Source: the human T2T-CHM13v2.0 reference genome, Homo sapiens
Length of the DNA stretch: 64,000 bases
Assembly: GCF_009914755.1 (NCBI RefSeq)
Contig: NC_060928.1
Direction: 5' to 3' (one strand)
Within the stretch, counting starts at the first letter, position 1. Every line of letters starts with the position of its first letter. The notes beneath the pieces were generated by a model. That model was not told the DNA's origin and made no database searches. It saw only the letters and a program-made list of their open reading frames with translations. Positions 27,581 through 40,380 of this stretch are shown one piece after another. The position numbers were made by a program, and so were the translations under genes.

Positions 27581-27996
27581 GTTATTTAAATATATTATGA
27601 ATTATTGAACCTTTCATTTTAAGTGATTTGATTTATAAAACGTCCTTTTCTCTTAAACTTGGACAAAAATCAGACCCAAACCATCAGTAGGATATGACAT
27701 TAAAAAGTATAAGTAACACCAGTATATAAAATGGCTGCTTTTAAGTTTGTAATAGTAATCACAGCTATTATTTATTGAGTACTGTTAACATATGCCCAAT
27801 TGGACAGACAAAATGGACTCTGCATAGCTAACTGAGGTGCTCAAAGTTAACACAGAACCATGCAATAATGGCTGAGTCAAGGAGCAATCATGTACTTTGT
27901 GTTTTCAGAAATATGTAAAAGTATCACAGGACCTCCTTCTCTACAGTCACACCGAACTAGTTTCCCTTATCATGCCAAGATAAATTGTTGTCAATT

Positions 27997-28353
27997 TGAT
28001 ACAGTTTGGCTGTTTCCCCACCTAAATCTCACCTTGAGTTGTAATAATTATCACATGTCAAGGGCAGAGCCAGGTTGAGACAATTGAATCATGTGGGTGG
28101 TTTCCCCTATACTTTTTCTCATGCTAGTGAATAAGTCTCATGAAATCTGATGGTTTTAAAAATGAGAGTTCCCCTGCATAAGCATTCTTGCCTGTTGTCA
28201 TGTAAGATGTGATTTTGCTCCTCATTCATGTTCTGCCATAATTGCAAGGTCTCCCCAGCCCTGCAGAACTGTGAGTCAATAAAATCTCTTTCTTTTATAA
28301 ATTACCCAGCCTCAGGTATGTTTTTATTAGCAGCATAAGGACAGACTAATACA
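27997..28353 (+). mobile_element. THE1D-like solo LTR
   Basis: TGATACAGTTTGGCTG...GACTAATACA; perfect 5-bp TSD CAATT. Confidence 0.9.
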
Positions 28354-28375
28354 CAATTTATCAGGGCTTAATTTT

Positions 28376-28728
28376 TGATAGGGTTTGGCTGTGCTCCCAC
28401 CCAAACCTCAAATTGAATTTTATCTCCCAGAATTCCCACGTGTTGTGGGAGGGACCTGGTAGGAGGTAACTAAATAATGGGGGCCAGTCTTTCCCATGCT
28501 ATTCTCATGATAATGAATAAGTCTCATGAGATCTGATGGGTTTATCAGAGGTTCCACTTTTGCTTCTTCTTCATTCTCTCTTGCCACTGCCATGTAAGAA
28601 CAGCCTTTTGCTCTCTGCCATAATCATGAGACCTCCCCAGCCATGTGAAACTATAAGTCAAATTAAACCACCTTTGCTTCCAAGTATCTATTATGTCTTT
28701 GTCAGCAATGTGAAAATGGACTAATACA
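28376..28728 (+). mobile_element. THE1A-like solo LTR
   Basis: GAATTCCCACGTGTTGTGGGAGGGACC and GATGGGTTTATCAG; TSD ATTTT/ATTGT. Confidence 0.88.
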
Positions 28729-30637
28729 ATTGTACAAACCAATCAGAGCTCAGCTGTATTTACCAATTAAAATGTAGCTTCACCAACCAATCAGAACTAA
28801 GTAATTTTCAATCCCATGTTTGCATAAATAGACCAGATTGGGTATCTGGGTACACATTTTGCTGTAAAACCCAAATACTCTATTTGTTATTTGGAATCAA
28901 CCATCATTTTACTTGAAGGCTGTATATCCCAGGTTCATAACCTAATCACTGAAATAAAGTCTCTTTCCCCCAAACTCTTTTCAGAGAACTTTCACTCACA
29001 GTAGAAGCTATATTTCAGACAGTTTGATATTAATGCTATATATTATTTATAAGCTACTAATTCACATTTTAATAAATTTAGGCACTTTGTGAGGGTCTTT
29101 ATACATCATAAAAAGTGGCCCATTTTTATAATTTCTGTAGTATTTATTGAAATAATGGCAACTACCATTAATATGAGGATATGATTCCAGTAGGCTCTAG
29201 CTTATTTTAAAGAGAACATCTTCACAAAGAATTATAAAAATCAATATGAAAGTTTGTATAATAAGGATAATATAAATCAGTATTTGTGTGGTATATTACA
29301 CTTTCTGCTTCAGTCCCAATGTAAACCTAACCATAATCTTAACAAACATCTTTCAAGAAAAGTAGCAGACATAATCAGAAATGAAAAACAAAAGGCTGAC
29401 AATGTGACTGTCTTTAACTTGGCTTTAGAAAATCAATCTTTTTGTTTTGAGCCCTAAGCATGTGTTGATCTACACCACTTAATTATGAATTATAAATGCT
29501 TTTCAGATATGTCTAGAATTGGAAGCATTCATAAAATTGTTTCTTATTGATAGTCAGCATTAGTGGCTAAAATAAACATCAAAATGATACAAATCTATAT
29601 AGCAGTTAGAAAAAAACATAAAGGCAAAGATAACTGACACTGTATCACATCCCTTAGTGTCCCATGAAGTAAGCAATAAAATGTATACACTTATACAGTG
29701 TGTGAGAACTAAATGAAATTAAATATGTGAAGAAATCTAAAACTGTGGAGTACATATATTATTTGCTATTTAAAACCTAACCTTGGATAAGTCAATTAAA
29801 AACTTAAATTGCTGTTTCCTACTTTGACTCTTTAGAAACTAGGCCTTATTTATTCTTGAAGTCAATATTTGTTATATACCTACTATACACGAGATTTTGT
29901 TTTATGCATTTGGACAAAAGAAGTTCTTATCTTCATGGAACTCATTTATCCCTTGTTTGAGGCAACACTTATTTATAGCCTATAACTTCACTCATTCCTG
30001 ATGTAATTCAACGGGGACAGTTGAAAAGATCATGCTACCAAAATTTTAGCTTATAATTTATTTGTGAGATAAAATTTATTTTAGTTTATTATAAATTATT
30101 TGTTTGTAGATTTGGACAAAATTCTACCTTTACTAGTTTCTATGTGACATTGAACACTGTATTTAGCATTTAAGAAATTAACTTCATAGCCAAGACAGCC
30201 GACTTGAAGCAGTTAGTGTGCATGGCTCTCAAAGAGAGTAAAGAAAGGGGTGAGTACAGCACCTTCATCTGAAACATCAAAATACTTGCATTAGGACTGA
30301 TGAAGAAACTAACTGACTCACAGAGAAGAGAGGAAAGTAAATCAGGCTAATGGCACAACTGGGAGAGACATGGAGCCAAGGGAACCTCCCCTACCCAAAA
30401 TAGTCATAAATTTATGACCTTGGGCACTCACAGTTTTCCCATGAATCTTGGAAACCCTTAGGTCAGGAGACTGCTTCATGAATCTAGAGCATTCAGTCTG
30501 ATACACAGAGCTACATGGAGTCTTGGCAGAGCAGACATTCAATCACGCAGTAAAGACTCAAGAGCCTTAGATACTCCAGCTTTCTGGGCTTCCAGGCAAA
30601 AGTAGCTGCAACTCTGGCAACGTGGCAGGTTAGACCC

Positions 30638-33001
30638 TGTAGTAATCCTATCTTGCATTGCCATAAACTACCTGAGACTGGGTAATTTATAAATAAAAGA
30701 GGTCTAATTGACTCACAGTTCCACATGAATGGGAAAACCTGAGAAAACTTGCAATTATCGCAGAAGGCAAAGGGGAAGCAAGAACCTTCTTCACAGGTAG
30801 CTGGAGGAGGATGGTGGAATGTGCCAGACAAATCAAAAAAGCAGATCTTGTAAGAATTCACTCACTATAATGAGACAAGCATGGAGGAAATACACCTTCA
30901 TGATTCAGTAATCCCCCACAAGGTTTTTTCCACAACACATGGGGGTTACAATTCCAGATGAGATTTGGGTGGGGACACAGAGCCAAACCTTATCATTTTT
31001 ATCTGGCTGCTCCCAAATCTCATGTCCTTTTCACATTTCAAAACCAATCATGCTTTCTCAATTGTCCCTCAATGTCGTAACTCATTCTAGCATTAACTCA
31101 AAAGTCCAAGTCCGAAATCTCATCTAAGACAAGGCAAGTCCCTTCCACCTATGAGCCTGTAAAATAAAATAAAAAAACAAGTTAGTTACATCCGAGATAC
31201 AATGGGGGTACAGGCATTGGGTAAATATTACCATTCCAAAAGAAAGAAATTGGCCAAAACAAAAAAGCTAAAGGCTCCATCCAAGCTTGAAACCCAGCAG
31301 AGCAGGCATTAAATCTCAAAGGTCCAAAATAATCTTGTTTGTCTACATGTCTCACACCCAGGCCACACTGATGCAAGAAGTGGGCTCTCAAGACCTTGGG
31401 AAGCTCCCTGTCTGTGGCTCTGCAGGATAGAGCCCCCATGGCTACTTTCACAGGCTGGTGTTTAGTATCTGCGGCTTTTCCAGGCACTCTGTACAAGCTG
31501 CTGATGGATCTATCATTCTGAGGTCTAGAGGATGGTGGCCATCTTCTCACAGCTGCACTAGCCAGTGCCACACTGGGGACTCTGTGTGGAGAATCAAACT
31601 CCACATTTCCCCTCTGCACTGCCCTAGTAGAGTTTCTCCATAAGGACTCCACATCTACAGAAGACTTCTGTCTGGACATCCAGGCGTTTCCATACATCTT
31701 CTGAAATCTAGGCTGAGGCTTCCAAACCTCAACTCTTGCCCTCCGCACACCTGCAGGCTTGACACCATGTGGAAGCCTTGGCAACTTCTGACTTGCACAC
31801 TGAAACAGTGGCCTGAGACATATCTGGGGCCCTTTTAGCCATGCTGCAACTGCAATAGCTGGGATGCAGGGAGCTGTGTCCAGTGGTTGCACAGGAAAGT
31901 GGGGCCCTGGGCCTAGTCCACTAAACCATTTTTTTTCCTAGGCCTCTAGGCCTGTATTGGGAAGGACTGCCACAAAGGACTCTGACATGCCTTGTAGGCA
32001 TTTTTCTTACTGTTTTGGCTATTAACATTTGACTCCTCTTCACGTATGCAAATTTCTGCAGTTGTATTGAATTTCACTCCTAAAAGTGGGTTTTTCTTTT
32101 CCATTACATGGCCACGCTGCAAATTTTCCAAAGTTTTATGCTCTGCTTCCCTTTCCAATATAAGTTACAGTTTTGGGTAATTTCTTTGTTTATGCAAATG
32201 AGCATAGTCTTTTAGAAGCAGCCAGGCCAATTTTTGAACTCTTTGCTGCTTAGAAATGTCTTGTGTCAGATACCTTAAATAATCCTTCTCAAGTTCAAAT
32301 TTTCACAGATGTCTATATCAGGGGCACAATGCTGCCAGTCTCTTTGCTAAAGCAGATCAAGAGTGACTTTGCTCCAGCTCTTAATAAGTTTCTTACCTTC
32401 ATCTAAGACCTCTTCAGCCTAGACTTCACTATTCATATCACTATTAGCATTTTGGTCAAAACTATTCAACAAATCTCTAGCAAATTTCAAACTTACCTTC
32501 ATCTTCAAAGAGTTCCAACCTCTCCTCATTACTCAGTTCCAAAGTTGCTTCCACATTTTCAGGTATCTTTATAGCAATGCCCCTCCTCTCTGATACCAAT
32601 TGTCTGTATTAGCTCATTCTTGCATTTCTCTAAAAAGCTACCTGAGACTGGACAATTTTTAAAGAAAAATGGTTTAATTGGCTCATGTTTCTGTGGGCTG
32701 TACAGGCTTCTGCTTCTGGGGAGGCCTCAGGAAACGTACAATCATAGTGGAAGGTGAAGAGGAAGCAGGCATGGTCTTCCCAAGGCCAGCAGGACAGAGA
32801 GAGAGACAAAGGGAAAGGTGCCACGCACTCTACCATAACCAGATTTTATGAGACTTCTACCATGCAATAGCACTAGGGGGACAGTGCTAAACATTAAAAA
32901 CCACCTGCATGATCCAATCACCTCCCACCAGGCCCTTCCTCCACACTGGTATTACAAATTGACATGAGATTTTGGTGGGGACACAGAACCAAACCATATC
33001 A
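30638..33001 (-). mobile_element. Full-length MaLR provirus (THE1D/MSTA) inside the L1 5'UTR
   Basis: LTRs at 32605-33001 (5') and 30638-30995 (3') around a 1.6-kb MaLR internal region; the 31182..31892 ORF is a remnant of the internal ORF. Confidence 0.92.
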
Positions 33002-35030
33002 ACCATGTACATCACCCTAGGCTGAATCCAGGATGCTGAGCAGCAATGGTCTACAGGTGCAATTTCCATGGCACTTAACAGGATAAGACCCACTGGCTTG
33101 GAATTCCAGCCAGGCATGGTAGCAACACTGCACCTTCTTGGGATGGAGCTTCCAGGTGGAAGGGAGGGCTGCCATCTTTGCTGTTTGGGCACAGCCATTC
33201 TGACCTTTGAGCTTTAGAGAGTCCAAGCTGACCGGAGGCTGAAGTCATCTCCCAGCACAGCCCAGTTGCTCTATGAAAATGTGGCCAGACTGCCTTTTTA
33301 AACAGATCTCAATCCCATCCCTCCTCACTAGTTGGGCCTCCCAACTGGGACCTCCATCCACCCCTGTTGGTGTTCTCTGACAGAGATTTGAAAACTCCTA
33401 GAACAGAGTTGCTAGAGGGAGAGACAGGCCACTATCTTTACTGTTTGGGCAACCTGGCTGTTCTGGCTTCATGCATTAGAGAGTCCAACTGACCAGGGGC
33501 TAAGGTGGTTGTCCAGCACAGCACAGCTTCCCTATGAAAAACATGGCCAGACTGCTTTTTGAAGTAGGTCCCTGATCTTATTTCTCATCATGGTGTGAAG
33601 CCTGTCAACTTGGGTCTCCAGATAACCCCACCAGTGTTCTCTAGCTGAAAGAGATTTCAGGACTTTCTGGGACACAGCTCCCAGGGAGAGGGACAGGCCA
33701 CTATCTTTTCTATGTGGGTGGCTTGTTGAAGTCGACCCTGGAGTGGAAGCCAGTCCATCTTCCACGGGTCCCACACAACCCCTACTGCTGGCCACCAGAC
33801 AGGGAACTCCTGACTTGGGTCCACAGCCCAGACCCACCATCCTGGGCTGATGGTATATCACTCAGTGGTATACTGAGTGATTGCTGACCCACATCTCTAT
33901 GGAGCAGAGCTCTCAAGAGACAAGCAAAGTGGTGGGACAGCAAACCAGCTGACGTGCAGCTTAGTGGGCTTACTGTGAGTGTCTATAGCATAGTGTGGCC
34001 AAGTACGGCCATCTCTCTAGGCTAGACTTTCTCTGATAAGAAACTTTAGCCCTACCAGAACTATCAGACCTGATATCTGCAGGGCAGTCTTGCACATCAC
34101 ACAGCTCTGGCTCGACCTGAGCACTCCTTGGTCTGTTGGCCTTTCCTAGGGCACCGGCCTGGCCACATGTGCTTACAGGAAAGTCTTGGGTTTTCTCGGG
34201 GCCCACACCATAGCTTCTGTGCTGGTGGATTGTACCTGACCGGTGGTGAGCTCCAGTGAGGTGGCCCTTACCACTGCACGCCATGTGTTCACTCCCTATA
34301 TCGCAGTTTCCCCTGAGCTCATGGCAAGTCCTCATATCACTTTGCTGGCAAATATCTGCAAGGCCAGGTTGTGCTTTACTTGCCCCACCAGCACCTGAGA
34401 GTACAGTATGCTCCCCGACCCCCGCCAACTGCCATTGCAGGTGGAGCCTTGGTGGAAACAGAGCCAGCAAGCCCCGCTCCTGCCAGTGCCCTACCCTTGT
34501 GTTAATGCTGCACAGAGAGCAGGGGATTCTCCCACAAGCTAAGTGATCACTCCTGCTTGCAGGGCACAGAGAAAGCACCCAGACCTGTGCTGTCCAGCAC
34601 CCCACGCCAAACCAACACCATCTCCAGTGCAGCAGAGTTCATGGTCTCCAGCAGGGGCCCCCAAGTTCTCTCCCAGCTGCAGTGCATTTGCGACTGTGGT
34701 GAAAGCCTACAGGCAAGCAGGTAACCCTGCATCCACTAGCACTCTGCTGTAGCTGCTGCACCTCATTCCCCCCAGCGCAGTGAACTCCAAACTTCAAGGA
34801 GCCAGAGAACAAAGTCAGGGCCCAATACAAATCCCTCAGACTTAGAGCATGCAGTCCAGGAATTGCGAGCTGAGTTTTGGCCCCCTTTAAGGCTTCCAGA
34901 AATAAAACCATTTGGCTGAATCCACCTTATACAACAATTAAACCATCAAGGTCATTAAATGTGATAAAACAAGACACCCATCCAAAGGTCACAAACCTCA
35001 AAGATTCAGGATAGATAAGCCCACAAATAT

Positions 35031-36020
35031 ATGAAAGAATAGGTTCAAGAAGAATGAAAATTCAAAAGCCAGAGTGCCTGCTTTCCTCCAAATGACTGCA
35101 TCACATCTTCAGTAAGGGTTCAGAATTGATCTGAGGCTGAGATGGCTGAAATGGCAGAAGTGGAATTCAGAATATGTATAGAAGTAAAGTTCAGTGAGCT
35201 AAAGGAGTATGTTGTAACTCAATGCAAGGAAGCTAAAAATTATGATACAACATTGCAGGAGCTGACAGAAAAAAATAGCCAGTATAGAGAAGAATGTAAC
35301 CAACCTGATAGAGCTGAAAAACACATACAACAATTCATAATATAGTCACAAGTATTAATAGAAAAACAGACCAAGCAGAGGAAAGAGTCTCAGAGCTTAA
35401 AGATTGGCTTTCTGAAATAAGACAATTAGACAAGAACAGAGAAAATATGGTATGAAAATAAATGAACAAGGCCTCTGAGAAATATAAAATTATGTAAAGA
35501 GACAGAATCTATGACTGATTGATGTACCTTAAAGAGATGGGTAGAATGAAATCAACTTGGAAAACATATTTCAGAATATCACCTATGAGAACTTCCCCAA
35601 CCTAGATAGACAGGCCAACATTCAAATTCAGGAAATTTAGAAAACCCCAGCAAGATACACCACAAGATGGTTATCCCCAAGACACATAATAATCATCAGA
35701 TTCTTTAAGTCAAAATGAAAGAGAAAATGTTAAAGGCAGCTAGAGAAAAAGGCCAGGCCACCTACAAAGGAAAGCCCATCATACTAACAGTGGACATGTC
35801 AGCTGAAATCCTATAAGCCAGAAGAGATTGGGGACCAACCCAGAGTTTTATATCTGACCAAATCAAGCTTCATAAATGGAGGAGAAATAAGATTATTTTC
35901 AGACAAGCAAATGCTGAGGAAATTTGTTACCACCAGACCTGCCTTATGATAGCTCCTGAAGGAAGCACTAAATATCAAAAGGAAAGACCATTACCAGCCA
36001 CTACAAAAAACAAACTGAAG
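35031..36020 (+). pseudogene. L1 ORF1p remnant
   Basis: MAEMAEVEFRICIEVKFSELKEYV...; C-terminal GACAAGCAAATGCTGAGGAAATTTGTTACCACCAGACCTGCC; many stops. Confidence 0.85.
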
Positions 36021-36088
36021 TACGCAGATCATTGACACTACAAAACAACCAAATAAACATATCTGCAAAATAACCAGCTAACGTCATT

Positions 36089-38256
36089 ATGATAGGATCA
36101 AATTCACCCCAACCCAACACTATCTCCAGTACAGCAGAGCATGTGGTCTCCAGCAGGGGCCCCCAACTTCTCCCCAAGCTGCTGTGCCTTTGTGACTGTG
36201 GTGAATGCCTACAGGGCAGCAGGTATCCCTGCATCCACTAGCACTCTGCTGCACCTCAGTTCCCCCAGCTCAATGAACTCCAAACTTCAAGGAGCTTCAA
36301 CATATCAATATTAACATTAAATGGGCTACATGCACCAATTAAAAGACATAGAGTGGCAAGCTGGAAAAGGGTCAAAGACCCATTGGTATACTGTCTTCAA
36401 GGGACCTATCTCACATGCAATGGCACACATAGGCTCAAAATAAAGGGATGAAAAATAGTCTGTCAAGCAAATGGAAAACAGATAAAAATATTGGTTTCAA
36501 ACCTAGTTCCTGACTAAACAGATGTAAAATGAACAAAGATAAAAAAGACAAAAAAAGAGCATTATATACTGGTGAAGATTTCAATTCAACCAGAAGAGCT
36601 ATCTTAAATATATATACACCCAACACAGGAACACCCAGATTCATAAAGCAAGTTCTTAGAGACCTTCAAAGAGACTTCAGACTCCCACACAATAATAGTG
36701 GAAGACTTTAACACCCCCACTGGCAATATTAGACAGATCACTGAGACAGAAAATTAACAAAGATATTTAGGACTTGAACTCAGCACTGGATTAAATGAAC
36801 CAGATAGTTATCTACAGAACTATCCACCCAAAACAACAGAATATATATTCTTCTCATTGCTGCACGGCATATACTCTAAAATTGATCACATAATCTGAAG
36901 TAAAACACTCCTCAGCAAAGGCAAGGGAACTGAAATAATAACAATCTCTCAAACCACAGCACAATAAAATTAGAAACCAAAACAAGAAATTCACTCAAAA
37001 CCATACAATTACATGAAAATGTAATAAAGTCCTCTCAAATGACTTTTGGGTAAATAATGAAATTAAGGCAAATATCAAGAAGTTCTTTGATGCTAATGAG
37101 AAAAAAGATACAACATACCAGAAACTCTAGGACAACCTAAGGCAGTGTTAAGAGGGGAAAAAAAAACCCAGGACCAGATGGATTCACAGCTGAATTCTAG
37201 AAAATCTACAAAGAAGAGGTGGTACTGGTGATAGTAAGTTCCAAGATAACTGACTAGCCATATGCAGAAGATTAAAACTGGACCCCTTCTTTACATCATA
37301 TACCAAAATCAACTCAAGATAGATTAAAGACTTAAACGTTAAACCCAAAATTATAAAAAAAAATCCTTGAAGACAACCTAAGCAAAACCTTTCAGGACAT
37401 AGGCATGGGCAATGATTTTATTATGAAATTGTCAAAAGCAATTGCAACAAAAGCAAAAATTGACATATGGGATCTAATTAAACTAAAGCGTCTCTACAAA
37501 GCAAAAGAAACTATCAACAGGCTAAACAGACGACCTACAGAATGGGAGAAAATTTTTTCAAACTATGCATCTGACAAAGGTCTAATATCCAGCAGATATT
37601 AAAAAAAAAAAAAAGAAACCCAAACAACCCCATTAAAAAGTGGGCAAGGAACATGAACAGACACTTTTTGAAAGAAGACACTCATGCAGCCACGAATCAC
37701 ATAAAAAAAGCTTAATGTCATTGATTATTAGAGAAATGTAATCAAAACCACAATGAGATACCATCTCACACCAGATGGTTATTATTAAAAAGTTAAAAAA
37801 TAACAGATGCTGGTGAGGTTATGGAGTATGTGGAGTAAAAGGAATGCTTGTACACTGTTGGTGGGTGGGAAAATTAGTTTGACTACTGTGGAAGATAGCA
37901 TTGGGATTTTTCAAAGACCTAAAGACAGAAATGCCATTTGACCCAGCAATCCCATTACTGGATATATACCCAAAGGAATATACACCATTATATTATAAAG
38001 ACACATGCATGCATATGTTCATTGCAGCACTATTCACAATAGCAAAGTCATGGAATCAACCTAAATGCTCGTCAATGACAGACTGAATACAGAAAATGTG
38101 GTACATATACATGATGGAATACTATGCAGCCATAAAAAAGAATGAGATCATATTCTTTGCAGGGACATGGATGAAGTTGGAGGCCATTATTCTTAGCAAA
38201 CTGACACAGGAACAGAAAACCACATACCACATGTTCTCACTTATAAGTGGGAGTTA
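36089..38256 (+). pseudogene. L1 ORF2p remnant (endonuclease and C-terminus; RT deleted)
   Basis: ATGATAGGATCAAATTCA start; ILNIYTPNTGTPRFIKQVLRDLQRD (EN domain); MPFDPAIPLLDIYPKEY (C-terminus). Confidence 0.85.
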
Positions 38257-38807
38257 AATTATGAGAACACATGGACCCATACAGGGGAACAACACACCTA
38301 TATTCTATAGGTCAAGAATTTTAATGAAGATACAATAAGATAATATGTGTGATGTAATCTGCAATATATGCTCAATACAGATGGCTGTTTTCATGTGCAT
38401 TTCTATCTCCATAAAATATTAGGAGTGATATTTTGTTTATAAGTAAACATGGAATTGACTCTTGAATCTTCAATCTGACTCATTCATGGGATATTGTTTA
38501 ATATTTCTTAGTTTTTATAATTTCTATAGGATCAAAAGAAAGATGACTGTAAAAATGATTTCCCCATCTATAAGTTATTTCAGTCATTAAAAACCCATAA
38601 ATTATAAATATTATGAAGAATAAGTTATGTAGCTTTTTATTGCCCATGTGATTGCAATTAACCAGCTTATATGCTTCTAAAAACGTGCATGTGAGCTCCT
38701 ATCTGTATTCAAATACCTCAAAAATGGCAAGATAGAAATATGGCCCTTTATAAAATATTTTTTAAAAGAACTGTGGTAATGCATATTAAAGTAAAAATGC
38801 ATAGGTA

Positions 38808-39678
38808 CATAAACCAAAAGTTATCTGAGACAAGTCTCTACCAAGTTAGAAGTTTATTTTGCTGAGTTTAAGGACATGCCCATGTCACAGCCTCAAGAGG
38901 TCCTGATGACATGTGCCCCAGTTGTTCATGCTACAGCTTGTTTTTACATTTTAGGGAAACATAAGACATCAATCAATATATGTAAGATGTACATTGGTTT
39001 GGTCTGGAAAGGTAGGACAATTTAAAACGGTGGCTTCCAGGTTGCTGGTGGATTCAAAGATATTCTGACTGGCAATTGGTTGAAAGAGTTTATCTAAAGA
39101 CCTGGAATCTATAGAATGAAATGTCTGGATTAAGACAAGAGGTTGTGAAGAACAAGATTCTTATTATGCTGATGAATCCTTCATGTATGAGGCTTCAGAT
39201 AGAATAGATTGTAAATGTTTCTTATCAGACCTAAAAACATGCCAGATTCTTATGTTAATTCTCTCCTGGATCAGGGAAAAGACCTGCAGAAAAGTGATTC
39301 TCTGCAGAATGTAGATTTTCCCCACAAAGACAGCTTTGCAGGGCAATTTCAAAATATGTCGAAGAAATATATTTTGGGGTAAAATACTTCAATTTCTTTC
39401 AGGGCTTGCTATCTGTCATATGATGCTGTGATAGTCAGTCTGGAATTTAGTGTTTCATTGCTAAAAAAAAAAAAAAAAAGTCTTAAAATCTCCGTTGTAA
39501 TGTTAATGCTGGTCAGTTGTGCCTGAATTCCAAAGGGAGGAGGGGTTAATGAGCATGTTCGACCCCACTTCCCATCATGGTGTGAACGAGCTTTTCAGGT
39601 TAATGTTGGAATGCCCTTGGCTGAGACCAGGGGTCTTTTCAATAGTTGCAGGGCTTAGAATTCTATTTTTAGTTTACA
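38808..39678 (-). mobile_element. Solo LTR, MER4 family (MER4D/E-like)
   Basis: Reverse complement starts TGTAAACTAAAAATAGAATTCTAAGCCC; contains CAGCCTCAAGAGGTCCTGATGACATGTGCCC. Confidence 0.85.
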
Positions 39679-40043
39679 TCTATTTAGTGTTTTCCATGGG
39701 TCCCTAGTTTGTCATCCCATAAGTCATTTGATCTTTCCAAAGTAATCCCATTTGTAACTCAGAGCCTTTAATATCTGAAACTAATGAGAGTCATAACAGA
39801 TGAATCCTTCATATGGGAAATATAGTGAAATCCAGAATAAAACAGAAAATATGCCAAAAAGTTATTGGGCCAATGAAATGTCAATTAAAATAATGTTCTT
39901 TGGTAAATTAAAACTTGTTTATTGAAGGGCATGGTAAAAATGGAGCATGAGATTAGCCCTCTGCAGTCACAAAATTGACAAACTAATTGGGAAAATGCAA
40001 AGCAGGTAGTCTTCTCTTTCCAGACATAATGCATGTAGGTTAA

Positions 40044-40380
<337 letters not shown>

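Larger units (their letters stand above)
27783..29000 (+). mobile_element. Solo ERV1 (MER4-group) LTR interrupted by two THE1 LTRs
   Basis: TGTTAAC...CACA termini, CCAAT boxes, AATAAA near 28953; flanks GTAC/GTAG. Confidence 0.65.
30186..38300 (+). mobile_element. Long old primate L1 (L1PA15/16/L1PREC2-like) with 5'UTR; internally deleted and 3'-truncated
   Basis: Starts GCCAAGACAGCCGACTTGAAGCAG; ORF1 and ORF2 remnants follow; ends ...GGGGAACAACACAC with no poly(A). Confidence 0.9.

Noticed and set aside
31182-31892. 236-aa ORF, the longest in the window
   Set aside because: It lies inside the MaLR internal region; the homologous peptide (MSRQKS...PPSSR.QNDRS) recurs fragmented at 62204-62512, so it is a TE remnant rather than a host gene
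33970-34605. 211-aa antisense ORF
   Set aside because: GC-rich L1 5'UTR where stops are rare by chance; no recognisable domain; not the ORF0 of young L1s
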